DNA of 64,000 bases from Eledone cirrhosa. Taxonomy: Eukaryota. Within the stretch, counting starts at the first letter, position 1. Each line of letters opens with the position of its first letter. The translations under genes and the position numbers were made by a program. Location of the stretch: NCBI GenBank assembly GCA_964016885.1, contig OZ024743.1:137516001-137580000 (forward strand), written 5' to 3'. A model generated the notes under the pieces. It did no database searches. It saw only the letters and a program-made list of their open reading frames with translations, and was not told where the DNA came from. Below, piece after piece: positions 48,191 to 60,000 of the stretch.

Positions 48191-51100
48191 CTTGGTGTTT
48201 GGTGCTTGGTGCTTGGTACTTGGTGCTTGGTGTTAGGTGTTTGGTGCTTGGTGCTTGGTGCTTGGTGTTTGGTGCTTGGAGCTTGGTGTTTGGTGCTTGG
48301 TGCTTGGTGCTGGGTGGTTGGTATTTGGTGCTTGGTGCTTGGTGTTTGGTGCTTGCTGCTTGGTGCTTGGTGCTTGGTGTTTGGTGTTTGGTGCTAGGTG
48401 CTTGGTGTTTGGTGTTTGGTGTTTGATGCTTGGTGTTTGGTGCTTGGTGTTTGGTGCTTGGTGCTTGGGGCTTGGTGTTTGGTGCTTGGTGCTTGGTGCT
48501 TGGTGTTTGGTGCTTGGTGCTTGGTGTTTGGTGTTTGGTGTTTGGTGCTTGGTGCTTGGTGTTTGGTGCTTGGTGCTTGGTGCTGGGTGGTTGGTATTTG
48601 GTGATTGGTGCTTGGTGCTTGGTGTTTGGTGCTTGGTGCTTGGTGCTTGGTCTTTGGTGCTTGGTGTTTGGTGTTTGGTGCTTGGTGCTTTGTGTTTGGT
48701 GCTTGGTGATTAGTGTTTGGTGCTTGGTACTTGGTGTTTGGTGCTTGGTGTTTGGTGTTTGCTGTTTGGTGTTTGGTGTTTGGTGTTTGCTGTTTGGTGT
48801 CTGCTTTTTGGTGTTTGGTGTTTGGTGTATGGTGTTTGCTGTTTCGTGTTTGGTGTTTGGTGTTTGGTGTTTGGTGTTTGCTGTTTGGTGTTTGGTCTTT
48901 GGTGCTTGGTGTTTGGTGCTTGGTGCTTGGTGTTTGGTGTTTGGTGCTTGGTGCTTGGTGCTTGGTGTTTGGTGCTTGGTGTCTGGTGCTTGGTGTCTGG
49001 TGCTTGGTGTTTGGTGTTTGGTGTTTGGTGCTTGGTGTTTGGTGTTTGGTGTTTGGTGTTTGGTGCTTGTTGCTTGGTGCTTGGTGCTTGGTGTTTGGTG
49101 CTTGGTGCTTGGTGTTTGGTGCTGGGTGCTTGGTGTTTGGTGCTTGGTGCTTGGTGCTTGGTGTTTGGTGTTTGGTGTTATTTGCTTGGTGTTTGATGCT
49201 TGGTGCTTGGTGCTTGGTGTTTGGTGTTTGGTGCTTGGTGTTTTATGCTTGGTGTTTGATGTTTGGTGCTTGGTGCTTGGTGTTTGGTGCTTGGTGCTTG
49301 GTGTTTGTACTTGGTGCTTGGTGCTTGGTTCTTGGTGTTTGGTGCTTGGTGCTTGGTGCTTGGTGCTTGGTGTTTGGTGCTTGGTGTTTGGTGCTTGGTG
49401 TTTGGTGCTTGGTGCCTGGTGCTTGGTGCTTGGTGCTTGGTGTTTGGTGCTTGGTGTTTGCTGCTTGGTATTAGGTGTTTGGTGCTTGGTGCTTGGTGTT
49501 TGGTGTTTCGTGCTTGGTGTTTGGTGTTTGGTGCTTGGTGTTTGGTGCTTGGTACTTGGTGCTTGGTGCTTGGTGTTAGGTGTTTGGTGCTTGGTGCTTG
49601 GTGTTTGGTTTTTGGTGCTTGGTGCTTGGTGTTTGGTGTTTGGTGCTTGCTGCTGGCTGCTTGGTGTTTGGTGCTTGGTGATTGGTGCTTGGTGTTTGGT
49701 GCTTGGTGTTTGGTGTTTGGTACAAGGTGCTTGGTGCTTGGTGTTTGGTGCTTGGTGCTTGGTGTTTGGTGCTTGGTGCTGGGTTCTGGGTGGTTGGTGT
49801 TTGGTGCTTGGTGTTTGGTGCTGGGTGCTTGGTGTTTGGTGCTTGGTGCTTGGTCTTTGGTGTTTGGTGTTTGGTGTTTGGGGCTTGGTGCTTGGTGCTT
49901 GGTGTTTGGTGCTTGGTGCTTGGTGTTTGGTGCTTGGTGCTTAGTGTTTGGTGCTAGGTGCTTGGGGTTTGGTGTTTGGTGCTTGGTGCTTGGTGTTTGG
50001 TGCTTGGTGCTTGGTGTTTGGTGTTTGGTGCTTGGTGCTTGGTGTTTGGTGTTTCCTGTTTGGTGTTTGGTGTTTGGTGTTTGGTGTTTGCTGTTTGGTG
50101 TCTGCTTTTTGGTGTTTGGTGTTTGCTGTATGTTATTTGCTGTTTGGTGTTTGGTGTTTGGTGTTTGGTGCTTGGTGCTTGGTGTTTGGTGCTTGGTGCT
50201 TGGTGTTTGGTGCCTGGTGCTTGGGGTTTGGTGTTTGGTGTTTGGTGCTTGGTGCTTGGAGTTTGGTGTTTGGTGCTTGGTGCTTGGTGTTTTGTGTTTG
50301 GTGTTTGGTTTTTGGTGCTTGGTGCTTGGTGCTTGGTGCTTGGTCCTTGGTGTTTGGTGCTTGGTGCTTGGTGTTTGTACTTGGTGCTTGGTGCTTGGTG
50401 TTTGGTTCTTGGTTCCTGGTGTTTGGTACTTGGTGTTTGGTGCTTGGTGTTTGGTGCTTGGTGCTTGGTGTTTGGTGTTTGGTGTTTGGTGCTTGGTGCT
50501 TGGTGTTTGGTGCTTGGTGCTTGGTGCTGGGTGGTTGGTATTTGGTGCTTGGTGCTTGGTGTTTGGTGCTTGGTGCTTGGTGCTTGGTGTTTGGTGCTTG
50601 GTGCTTGGTGCTTGGTCTTTGGTGCTTGGTGTTTGGTGTTTGGTGCTTGGTGCTTTGTGTTTGGTGCTTGGTGATTAGTGTTTGGTGCTTGGTACTTGGT
50701 GTTTGGTGCTTGGTGTTTGGTGTTTGCTGTTTGGTGTTTGGTGTTTGGTGTTTGCTGTTTGGTGTCTGCTTTTTGGTGTTTGGTGTTTGCTGTTTGGTGT
50801 TTGGTGTTTGCTGTTTGGTGTTTGGTCTTTGGTGCTTGGTCTTTGGTGCTTGGTGCTTGGTGTTTGGTGTTTGGTGCTTGGTGTTTGGTGTTTGGTGCTT
50901 GGTGCTTGGTGCTTGGTGTTTGGTGCTTGGTGTCTGGTGCTTGGTGTCTGGTGCTTGGTGTTTGGTGTTTGGTGTTTGGTGCTTGGTGTTTGGTGTTTAG
51001 TGCTTGTTGCTTGGTGCTTGGTGCTTGGTGTTTGGTGCTTGGTACTTGGTGTTTGGTGCTGGGTGCTTGGTGTTTGGTGCTTGGTGCTTGGTGTTTGGTG

Positions 51101-54100
51101 TTTGGTGCTTGGTGCTTGGTGTTTGGTGTTTGGTGTTATATGCTTGGTGTTTCGTGCTAGGTGCATGGTGCTTGGTGTTTGGTGCTTGGTGCTTGGTGCT
51201 TGGTCTTTGGTGTTTGGTGTTTAGTGCTTGGTGCTTGGTGCTTGGTGCTTGGTGCTTGGTGCTTGGTGCTTGGTCCTTGGTGTTTGGTGCTTGGTGCTTG
51301 GTGTTTGGTGTTTGGTGCTTGGTGCTTGGTGCTTCGTGTTTGGTGTTTGGTGCTTGGTGTCTGGAGCTTGGTGTTTGGTGTTTGGTGCTTGGTGTTTGGT
51401 GTTTGGTGCTTGGTGCTTGGTGTTTGGTGCTTGGTGCTTGGTGTTTGTACTTGGTGCTTGGTGCTTGGTGTTTGGTGCTTGGTTCTTGGTGTTTGGTGCT
51501 TGGTGTTTGGAGCTTGGTGCTTGGTGTTTGGTGCTTGGTGCTTGGTGTTTGTACTTGGTGCTTGGTGCTTGGTGTTTGGTGCTTGGTTCTGGGTGTTTGG
51601 TGCTTGGTGTTTGGAGCTTGGTGCTTGGTGCTTGGTGTTTGGTGTTTGGTGCTTGGTGCTTGGTGTTTGGTGTTTGGTGCTTGGTGTTTGGTGTTTGGTG
51701 TTTGGAGCTTGGTGCTTGGTGTTTGTTGCTTGGTACTTGGTGCATGGTGTTTGGTGCTGGGTGCTTGGTGTTTTGTGCTTGGTTCTTGGTGTTTGGTGTT
51801 TGGTGCTTGGTACTTGGTGTCTGGAGCTTGGTGTTTGGTGTTTGGTGCTTGGTGTTTGGTGCTTGGTGCTTGGTGTTTGGTTTTTGGTTTTTGATGCTTG
51901 GTGTTTTATGCTTGGTGCTTGGTGTTTGGTGCTTGGTGTTTGTATTTGGTGCTTGCTGCTTGGTGTTTTGTGCTTGGTTCTTGGTGTTTGGTGTTTGGTG
52001 CTTGGTACTTGGTGCTTGGTGTTTGGTGCTTGGTGCTTGGTGTTTGGTGTTTGGTGCCTGGTGCTTGGTGTTTGGTGTTTGGTGCTTGGTGTTTGGTGTT
52101 TGGTGCTTGGTGCTTGGTGTTTGTTGCTTGGTACTTGGTGCATGGTGTTTGGTGCTGGGTGCTTGGTGTTTGGTGCTTGGTGTTAGGTGTTTGGTGCTTG
52201 GTGCTTGGTGTTTGGTGTTTGGTCCTTGGTGCTTGGTGCTTGGTGTTTAGTGCTTGGTGCTTGGTGTTTGTTGTTTGGTGATTTCTGTTTGCTGCTTGGT
52301 GTTTGCTGTTTGGTGCTTGGTGCTTGGTGTTTGGTGTTTGGTGCTAGGTGCTTAGTGTTTGGTGTTTGGTGTTTGATGCTTGGTGTTTGGTGCTTGGTGT
52401 TTGGTGCTTGGTGCTTGGGGCTTGGTGTTTGGTGCTTCGTGCTTGGTGCTTGGTGTTTGGTGCTTGGTGCTTGGTGTTTGGTGTTTGGTGTTTGGTGCTT
52501 GGTGCTTGGTGTTTGGTGCTTGGTGCTTGGTGCTGGGTGGTTGGTATTTGGTGCTTGGTGCTTGGTGTTTGGTGCTTGGTGCTTGGTGTTTGGTGCTTGG
52601 TGCTTGGTGCTTGGTCTTTGGTGCTTGGTGTTTGGTGTTTGGTGCTTGGTGCTTTGTGTTTGGTGCTTGGTGATTAGTGTTTGGTGCTTGGTACTTGGTG
52701 TTTGGTGCTTGGTATTTGGTGTTTGCTGTTTGGTGTTTGGTGTTTGGTGTTTGCTGTTTGGTGTCTGCTTTTTGGTGTTTGGTGTTTGCTGTATGTTATT
52801 TGCTGTTTGGTGTTTGGTGTTTGGTGTTTGGTGCTTGGTGCTTGGTGTTTGGTGCTTGGTGCTTGGTGTTTGGTGCCTGGTGCTTGGGGCTTGGTGTTTG
52901 GTGTTTGGTGCTTGGTGCTTGGAGTTTGGTGTTTGGTGCTTGGTGCTTGGTGTTTTGTGTTTGGTGTTTGGTTTTTGGTGCTTGGTGCTTGGTGCTTGGT
53001 GCTTGGTCCTTGGTGTTTGGTGCTTGGTGCTTGGTGTTTGTACTTGGTGCTTGGTGCTTGGTGTTTGGTTCTTGGTTCCTGGTGTTTGGTACTTGGTGCT
53101 TGGTGCTTGGTGTTTGGTGCTTGGTGCTTGGTGTTTGGTGTTTGGTGTTTGGTGCTTGGTGCTTGGTGTTTGGTGCTTGGTGCTTGGTGCTGGGTGGTTG
53201 GTATTGGGTGCTTGGTGCTTGGTGTTTGGTGCTTGGTGCTTGGTGCTTGGTGTTTGGTGCTTGGAGCTTGGTGCTTGGTCTTTGGTGCTTGGTGTTTGGT
53301 GTTTGGTGCTTGGTGCTTTGTGTTTGGTGCTTGGTGATTAGTGTTTGGTGCTTGGTACTTGGTGTTTGGTGCTTGGTGTTTGGTGTTTGCTGTTTGGTGT
53401 TTGGTGTTTGGTGTTTGCTGTTTGGTGTCTGATTTTGGTGTTTGGTGTTTGCTGTATGGTGTTTGCTGTTTCGTGTTTGGTGTTTGCTGTTTGGTGTTTG
53501 GTGTTTGCTGTTTGGTGTTTGGTCTTTGGTGCTTGGTGTTTGGTGCTTGGTGCTTGGTGTTTGGTGTTTGGTGCTTGGTGTTTGGTGTTTGGTGCTTGGT
53601 GCTTGGTGCTTGGTGTTTGGTGCTTGGTGTCTGGTGCTTGGTGTCTGGTGCTTGGTGTTTGGTGTTTGGTGTTTGGTGCTTGGTGTTTGGTGTTTGGTGC
53701 TTGTTGCTTGGTGCTTGGTGCTTGGTGTTTGGTGCTTGGTGCTTGGTGTTTGGTGCTGGGTGCTTGGTGTTTGGTGCTTGGTGCTTGGTGTTTGGTGTTT
53801 GGTGCTTGGTGCTTGGTGTTTGGTGTTTGGTGTTATATGCTTGGTGTTTGGTGCTTGGTGCTTGGTGTTTGGTGTTTGGTTCTTGATGCTTGGTATTTGG
53901 TGCTTGGTGCTTGCTGCTTGGTGTTTGGTGCTTGGTGATTGATGCTTGGTGTTTGGTGCTTGGTGCTTGGTGTTTGGTTTTTGGTGCTAGGTGCTTGGTG
54001 TTTGGTGCTTGGTGTTTGGTGTTTGGTGCTTGGTGCTTGGTGTTTGGTACTTGGTGCTTGGTGCTTGGTGTTTGGTGCTTGGTGCTTGGTGTTTGGTGTT

Positions 54101-57100
54101 TGGTGTTTGGTGCTTGGTGCTTGGTGTTTGGTGCTTGGTGCTGGGTGGTTGGTGTTTGGTGCTTGGTGCTTGGTGTTTCGTGCTAGGTGCATGGTGCTTG
54201 GTGTTTGGTGCTTGGTGCTTGGTGCTTGGTGTTTGGTGTTTGGTGTTTAGTGCTTGGTGCTTGGTGCTTGGTGCTTGGTGCTTGGTGCCTGGTCCTTGGT
54301 GTTTGGTGCTTGGTGCTTGGTGTTTGGTGTTTGGTGCTTGGTGCTTGGTGCTTCGTGTTTGGTGTTTGGTGCTTGGTGTCTGGAGCTTGGTGTTTGGTGT
54401 TTGGTGCTTGGTGTTTGGTGTTTGGTGCTTGGTGCTTGGTGTTTGGTGCTTGGTGCTTGGTGTTTGTACTTGGTGCTTGGTGCTTGGTGTTTGGTGCTTG
54501 GTTCTTGGTGTTTGGTGCTTGGTGTTTGGAGCTTGGTGCTTGGTGTTTGGTGCATGGTGCTTGGTGTTTGTACTTGGTGCTTGGTGCTTGGTGTTTGGTG
54601 CTTGGTACTTGGTGTTTGGTGCTTGGTGTTTGGAGCTTGGTGCTTGGTGTTTGGTGCTTGGTGCTTGGTGTTTGGTGTTTGGTGCTTGGTGCTTGGTGTT
54701 TGGTGTTTGGTGCTTGGTGTTTGGTGTTTGGTGTTTGGTGCTTGGTGCTTGGTGTTTGTTGCTTGGTACTTGGTGCATGGTGTTTGGTGCTGGGTGCTTG
54801 GTGTTTTGTGCTTGGTTCTTGGAGTTTGGTGTTTGGTGCTTGGTACTTGGTGTCTGGAGCTTGGTGTTTGGTGTTTGGTGCTTGGTGTTTGGTGCTTGGT
54901 GCTTGGTGTTTGGTGTTTGGTGTTTGATGCTTGGTGTTTTATGCTTGGTGCTTGGTGTTTGGTGCTTGGTGTTTGTAGTTGGTGCTTGGTGCTTGGTGTT
55001 TTGTGCTTGGTTCTTGGTGTTTGGTGTTTGGTGCTTGGTACTTGGTGCTTGGTGTTTGGTGCTTGGTGCTTGGTGTTTGGTGTTTGGTGCCTGGTGCTTG
55101 GTGTTTGGTGTTTGGTGCTTGGTGTTTGGTGTTTGGTGCTTGGTGCTTGGTGTTTGTTGCTTGGTACTTGGTGCATGGTGTTTGGTGCTGGGTGCTTGGT
55201 GTTTGGTGCTTGGTGTTTGGTGCTTGGTGCTTGGTGTTTGGTGTTTGGTGTTTGATGCTTGGTGTTTTATGCTTGGTGCTTGGTGTTTGGTGCTTGGTGT
55301 TTGTACTTGGTGCTTGGTGCTTGGTGTGTTGTGCTTGGTTCTTGGGGTTTGGTGTTTGGTGCTTGGTACTTGGTGCTTGGTGTTAGGTGTTTGGTGCTTG
55401 GTGCTTGGTGTTTGGTGTTTGGTCCTTGGTGCTTGGTGCTTGGTGTTTAGTGCTTGGTGCTTGGTGTTTGTTGTTTGGTGCTTTCTGTTTGCTGCTTGGT
55501 GTTTGGTGCTTGGTGCTTGGTGCTTGGTGTTTGGTGTTTGGTGCTAGGTGCTTGGTGTTTGGTGTTTGGTGTTTGATGCTTGGTGTTTGGTGCTTGGTGT
55601 TTGGTGCTTGGTGCTTGGGGCTTGGTGTTTGGTGCTTGGTGCTTGGTGCTTGGTGTTTGGTGCTTGGTGCTTGGTGTTTGGTGTTTGGTGTTTGGTGCTT
55701 GGTGCTTGGTGTTTGGTGCTTGGTGCTTGGTGCTGGGTGGTTGGTATTTGGTGCTTGGTGCTTGGTGTTTGGTGCTTGGTGCTTGGTGCTTGGTGTTTGG
55801 TGCTTGGTGCTTGGTGCTTGGTCTTTGGTGCTTGGTGTTTGGTGTTTGGTGCTTGGTGCTTTGTGTTTGGTGCTTGGTGATTAGTGTTTGGTGCTTGGTA
55901 CTTGGTGTTTGGTGCTTGGTGTTTGGTGTTTGCTGATTGGTGTTTGGTGTTTGGTGTTTGCTGTTTGGTGTCTGCTTTTTGGTGTTTGGTGTTTGCTGTA
56001 TGGTGTTTGCTGTTTCGTGTTTGGTGTTTGCTGTTTGGTGTTTGGTGTTTGCTGTTTGGTGTTTGGTCTTTGGTGCTTGGTGTTTGGTGCTTGGTGCTTG
56101 GTGTTTGGTGTTTGGTGCTTGGTGTTTGGTGTTTGGTGCTTGGTGCTTGGTGCTTGGTGTTTGGTGCTTGGTGTCTGGTGCTTGGTGTCTGGTGCTTGGT
56201 GTTTGGTGTTTGGTGTTTGGTGCTTGGTGTTTGGTGTTTGGTGTTTGGTGTTTGGTGCTTGTTGCTTGGTGCTTGGTGCTTGGTGTTTGGTGCTTGGTGC
56301 TTGGTGTTTGGTGCTGGGTGCTTGGTGTTTGGTGCTTGGTGCTTGGTGTTTGGTGTTTGGTGCTTGGTGCTTGGTGTTTGGTGTTTGGTGTTATATGCTT
56401 GGTGTTTGGTGCTTGGTGCTTGGTGTTTGGTGTTTGGTTCTTGATGCTTGGTATTTGGTGCTTGGTGCTTGCTGCTTGGTGTTTGGTGCTTGGTGATTGA
56501 TGCTTGGTGTTTGGTGCTTGGTGCTTGGTGTTTGGTTTTTGGTGCTAGGTGCTTGGTGCTTGGTGTTTGGTGCTTGGTGTTTGGTGTTTGGTGCTTGGTG
56601 CTTGGTGTTTGGTACTTGGTGCTTGGTGCTTGGTGTTTGGTGCTTGGTGCTTGGTGTTTGGTGTTTGGTGTTTGGTGCTTGGTGCTTGGTGTTTGGTGCT
56701 TGGTGCTTGGTGCTGGGTGGTTGGTGTTTGGTGCTTGGTGCTTGGTGTTTCGTGCTAGGTGCATGGTGCTTGGTGTTTGGTGCTTGGTGCTTGGTGCTTG
56801 GTCTTTGGTGTTTGGTGTTTAGTGCTTGGTGCTTGGTGCTTGGTCCTTGGTTTTTGGTGCTTGGTGCTTGGTGTTTGGTGTTTGGTGCTTGGTGCTTGGT
56901 GCTTCGTGTTTGGTGTTTGGTGCTTGGTGTCTGGAGCTTGGTGTTTGGTGTTTGGTGCTTGGTGTTTGGTGTTTGGTGCTTGGTGCTTGGTGTTTGGTGC
57001 TTGGTGCTTGGTGTTTGTACTTGGTGCTTGGTGCTTGGTGTTTGGTGCTTGGTTCTTGGTGTTTGGTGCTTGGTGTTTGGAGCTTGGTGCTTGGTGTTTG

Positions 57101-60000
57101 GTGCTTGGTGCTTGGTGTTTGTACTTGGTGCTTGGTGCTTGGTGTTTGGTGCTTGGTTCTTGGTGTTTGGTGCTTGGTGTTTGGAGCTTGGTGCTTGGTG
57201 TTTGGTGCTTGGTGCTTGGTGTTTGGTGTTTGGTGCTTGGTGCTTGGTGTTTGGTGTTTGGTGCTTGGTGTTTGGTGTTTGGTGCTTGGTGCTTGGTGTT
57301 TGTTGCTTGGTACTTGGTGCATGGTGTTTGGTGCTGGGTGCTTGGTGTTTGGTGCTTGGTGTTTGGTGCTTGGTGCTTGGTGTTTGGTGTTTGGTGTTTG
57401 ATGCTTGGTGTTTTATGCTTGGTGCTTGGTGTTTGGTGCTTGGTGTTTGTACTTGGTGCTTGGTGCTTGGTGTTTTGTGCTTGGTTCTTGGTGTTTGGTG
57501 TTTGGTGCTTGGTACTTGGTGCTTGGTGTTAGGTGTTTGGTGCTTGGTGCTTGGTGTTTGGTGTTCGGTCCTTGGTGCTTGGTGCTTGGTGTTTAGTGCT
57601 TGGTGCTTGGTGTTTGTTGTTTGGTGCTTTCTGTTTGCTGCTTGGTGTTTGCTGCTTGGTGTTTGCTGCTTGGTGCTTGGTGCTTGGTGTTTGGTGTTTG
57701 GTGTTTGATGCTTGGTGTTTGGTGCTTGGTGTTTGGTGCTTGGTGCTTGGGGCTTGGTGTTTGGTGCTTGGTGCTTGGTGCTTGGTGTTTGGTGCTTGGT
57801 GCTTGGTGTTTGGTGTTTGGTGTTTGGTGCTTGGTGCTTGGTGTTTGGTGCTTGGTGCTTGGTGCTGGGTGGTTGGTATTTGGTGATTGGTGCTTGGTGC
57901 TTGGTGTTTGGTGCTTGGTGCTTGGTGCTTGGTCTTTGGTGCTTGGTGTTTGGTGTTTGGTGCTTGGTGCTTTGTGTTTGGTGCTTGGTGATTAGTGTTT
58001 GGTGCTTGGTACTTGGTGTTTGGTGCTTGGTGTTTGGTGTTTTCTGTTTGGTGTTTGGTGTTTGGTGTTTGCTGTTTGGTGTCTGCTTTTTGGTGTTTGG
58101 TGTTTGCTGTATGGTGTTTGCTGTTTCGTGTTTGGTGTTTGCTGTTAGGTGTTTGGTGTTTGCTGTTTGGTGTTTGGTCTTTGGTGCTTGGTGTTTGGTG
58201 CTTGGTGCTTGGTGTTTGGTGTTTGGTGCTTGGTGCTTGGTGCTTGGTGTTTGGTGCTTGGTGTCTGGTGCTTGGTGTCTGGTGCTTGGTGTTTGGTGTT
58301 TGGTGTTTGGTGCTTGGTGTTTGGTGTTTGGTGTTTGGTGTTTGGTGCTTGTTGCTTGGTGCTTGGTGCTTGGTGTTTGGTGCTTGGTGCTTGGTGTTTG
58401 CTGCTGGGTGCTTGGTGTTTGGTGCTTGGTGCTTGGTGCTTGGTGTTTGGTGTTTGGTGTTATATGCTTGGTGTTTGATGCTTGGTGCTTGGTGCTTGTT
58501 GTTTGGCGTTTGGTGCTTGGTGTTTTATGCTTGGTGTTTGATGTTTGGTGCTTGGTGCTTGGTGTTTGGTGCTTGGTGCTTGGTGTTTGTACTTGGTGCT
58601 TGGTGCTTGGTTCTTGGTGTTTGGTGCTTGGTGCTTGGTGCTTGGTGCTTGGTGTTTGGTGCTTGGTGTTTGGTGCTTGGTGTTTGGTGCTTGGTGCCTG
58701 GTGCTTGGTGCTTGGTGCTTGGTGTTTGGTGCTTGGTGTTTGCTGCTTGGTATTAGGTGTTTGGTGCTTGGTGCTTGGTGTTTGGTGTTTGGTGCTTGGT
58801 GTTTGGTGCTTGGTGTTTGGTGTTTGGTGCTTGGTGTTTGGTGCTTGGTACTTGGTGCTTGGTGCTTGGTGTTTTGGTGTTTGGTGCTTGGTGCTTGGTG
58901 TTTGGTTTTTGGTGCTTCGTGCTTGGTGTTTGGTGTTTGGTGCTTGCTGCTGGCTGCTTGGTGTTTGGTGCTTGGTGATTGGTGCTTGGTGTTTGGTGCT
59001 TGGTGTTTGGTGTTTGGTACTAGGTGCTTGGTGCTTGGTGTTTGGTGCTTGGTGCTTGGTGTTTGGTGCTTGGTGCTGGGTTCTGGGTGGTTGGTGTTTG
59101 GTGCTTGGTGTTTGGTGCTGGGTGCTTGGTGTTTGGTGCTTGGTGCTTGGTCTTTGGTGTTTGGTGTTTGGTGTTTGGGGCTTGGTGCTTGGTGCTTGGT
59201 GTTTGGTGCTTGGTGCTTGGTGTTTGGTGCTTGGTGCTTAGTGTTTGGTGCTAGGTGCTTGGGGTTTGGTGTTTGGTGCTTGGTGCTTGGTGTTTGGTGT
59301 TTGGTGCTTGGTGCTTGGTGTTTGGTGTTTTCTGTTTGTTGTTTGGTGTTTGGTGTTTGGTGTTTGCTGTTTGGTGTCTGCTTTTTGGTGTTTGATGTTT
59401 GCTGTATGTTATTTGCTGTTTGGTGTTTGGTGTTTGGTGTTTGGTGCTTGGTGCTTGGTGTTTGGTGCCTGGTGCTTGGGGCTTGGTGTTTGGTGTTTGG
59501 TGCTTGGTGCTTGGAGTTTGGTGTTTGGTGCTTGGTGCTTGGTGTTTTGTGTTTGGTGTTTGGTTTTTGGTGCTTGGTGCTTGGTGCTTGGTACTTGGTC
59601 CTTGGTGTTTGGTGCTTGGTGCTTGGTGTTTGTACTTGGTGCTTGGTGCTTGGTGTTTGGTTCTTGGTTCCTGGTGTTTGGTACTTGGTGCTTGGTGCTT
59701 GGTGTTTGGTGCTTGGTGCTTGGTGTTTGGTGTTTGGTGTTTGGTGCTTGGTGCTTGGTGTTTGGTGCTTGGTGCTTGGTGCTGGGTGGTTGGTATTTGG
59801 TGCTTGGTGCTTGGTGTTTGGTGCTTGGTGCTTGGTGCTTGGTGTTTGGTGCTTGGTGCTTGGTGCTTGGTCTTTGGTGCTTGGTGTTTGGTGTTTGGTG
59901 CTTGGTGCTTTGTGTTTGGTGCTTGGTGATTAGTGTTTGGTGCTTGGTACTTGGTGTTTGGTGCTTGGTGTTTGGTGTTTGCTGTTTGGTGTCTGCTTTT
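45800..60000 (+). repeat. Block of about 5 kb repeated with 9.23-9.28 kb offset (about 45.8-50.8 kb versus 55.05-60.0 kb)
   Basis: Matching translations at 46139/55387 and 46296/55544 (offset 9248), and at 48430/57712, 48713/57995 and 49263/58545 (offset 9282). Confidence 0.88.
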
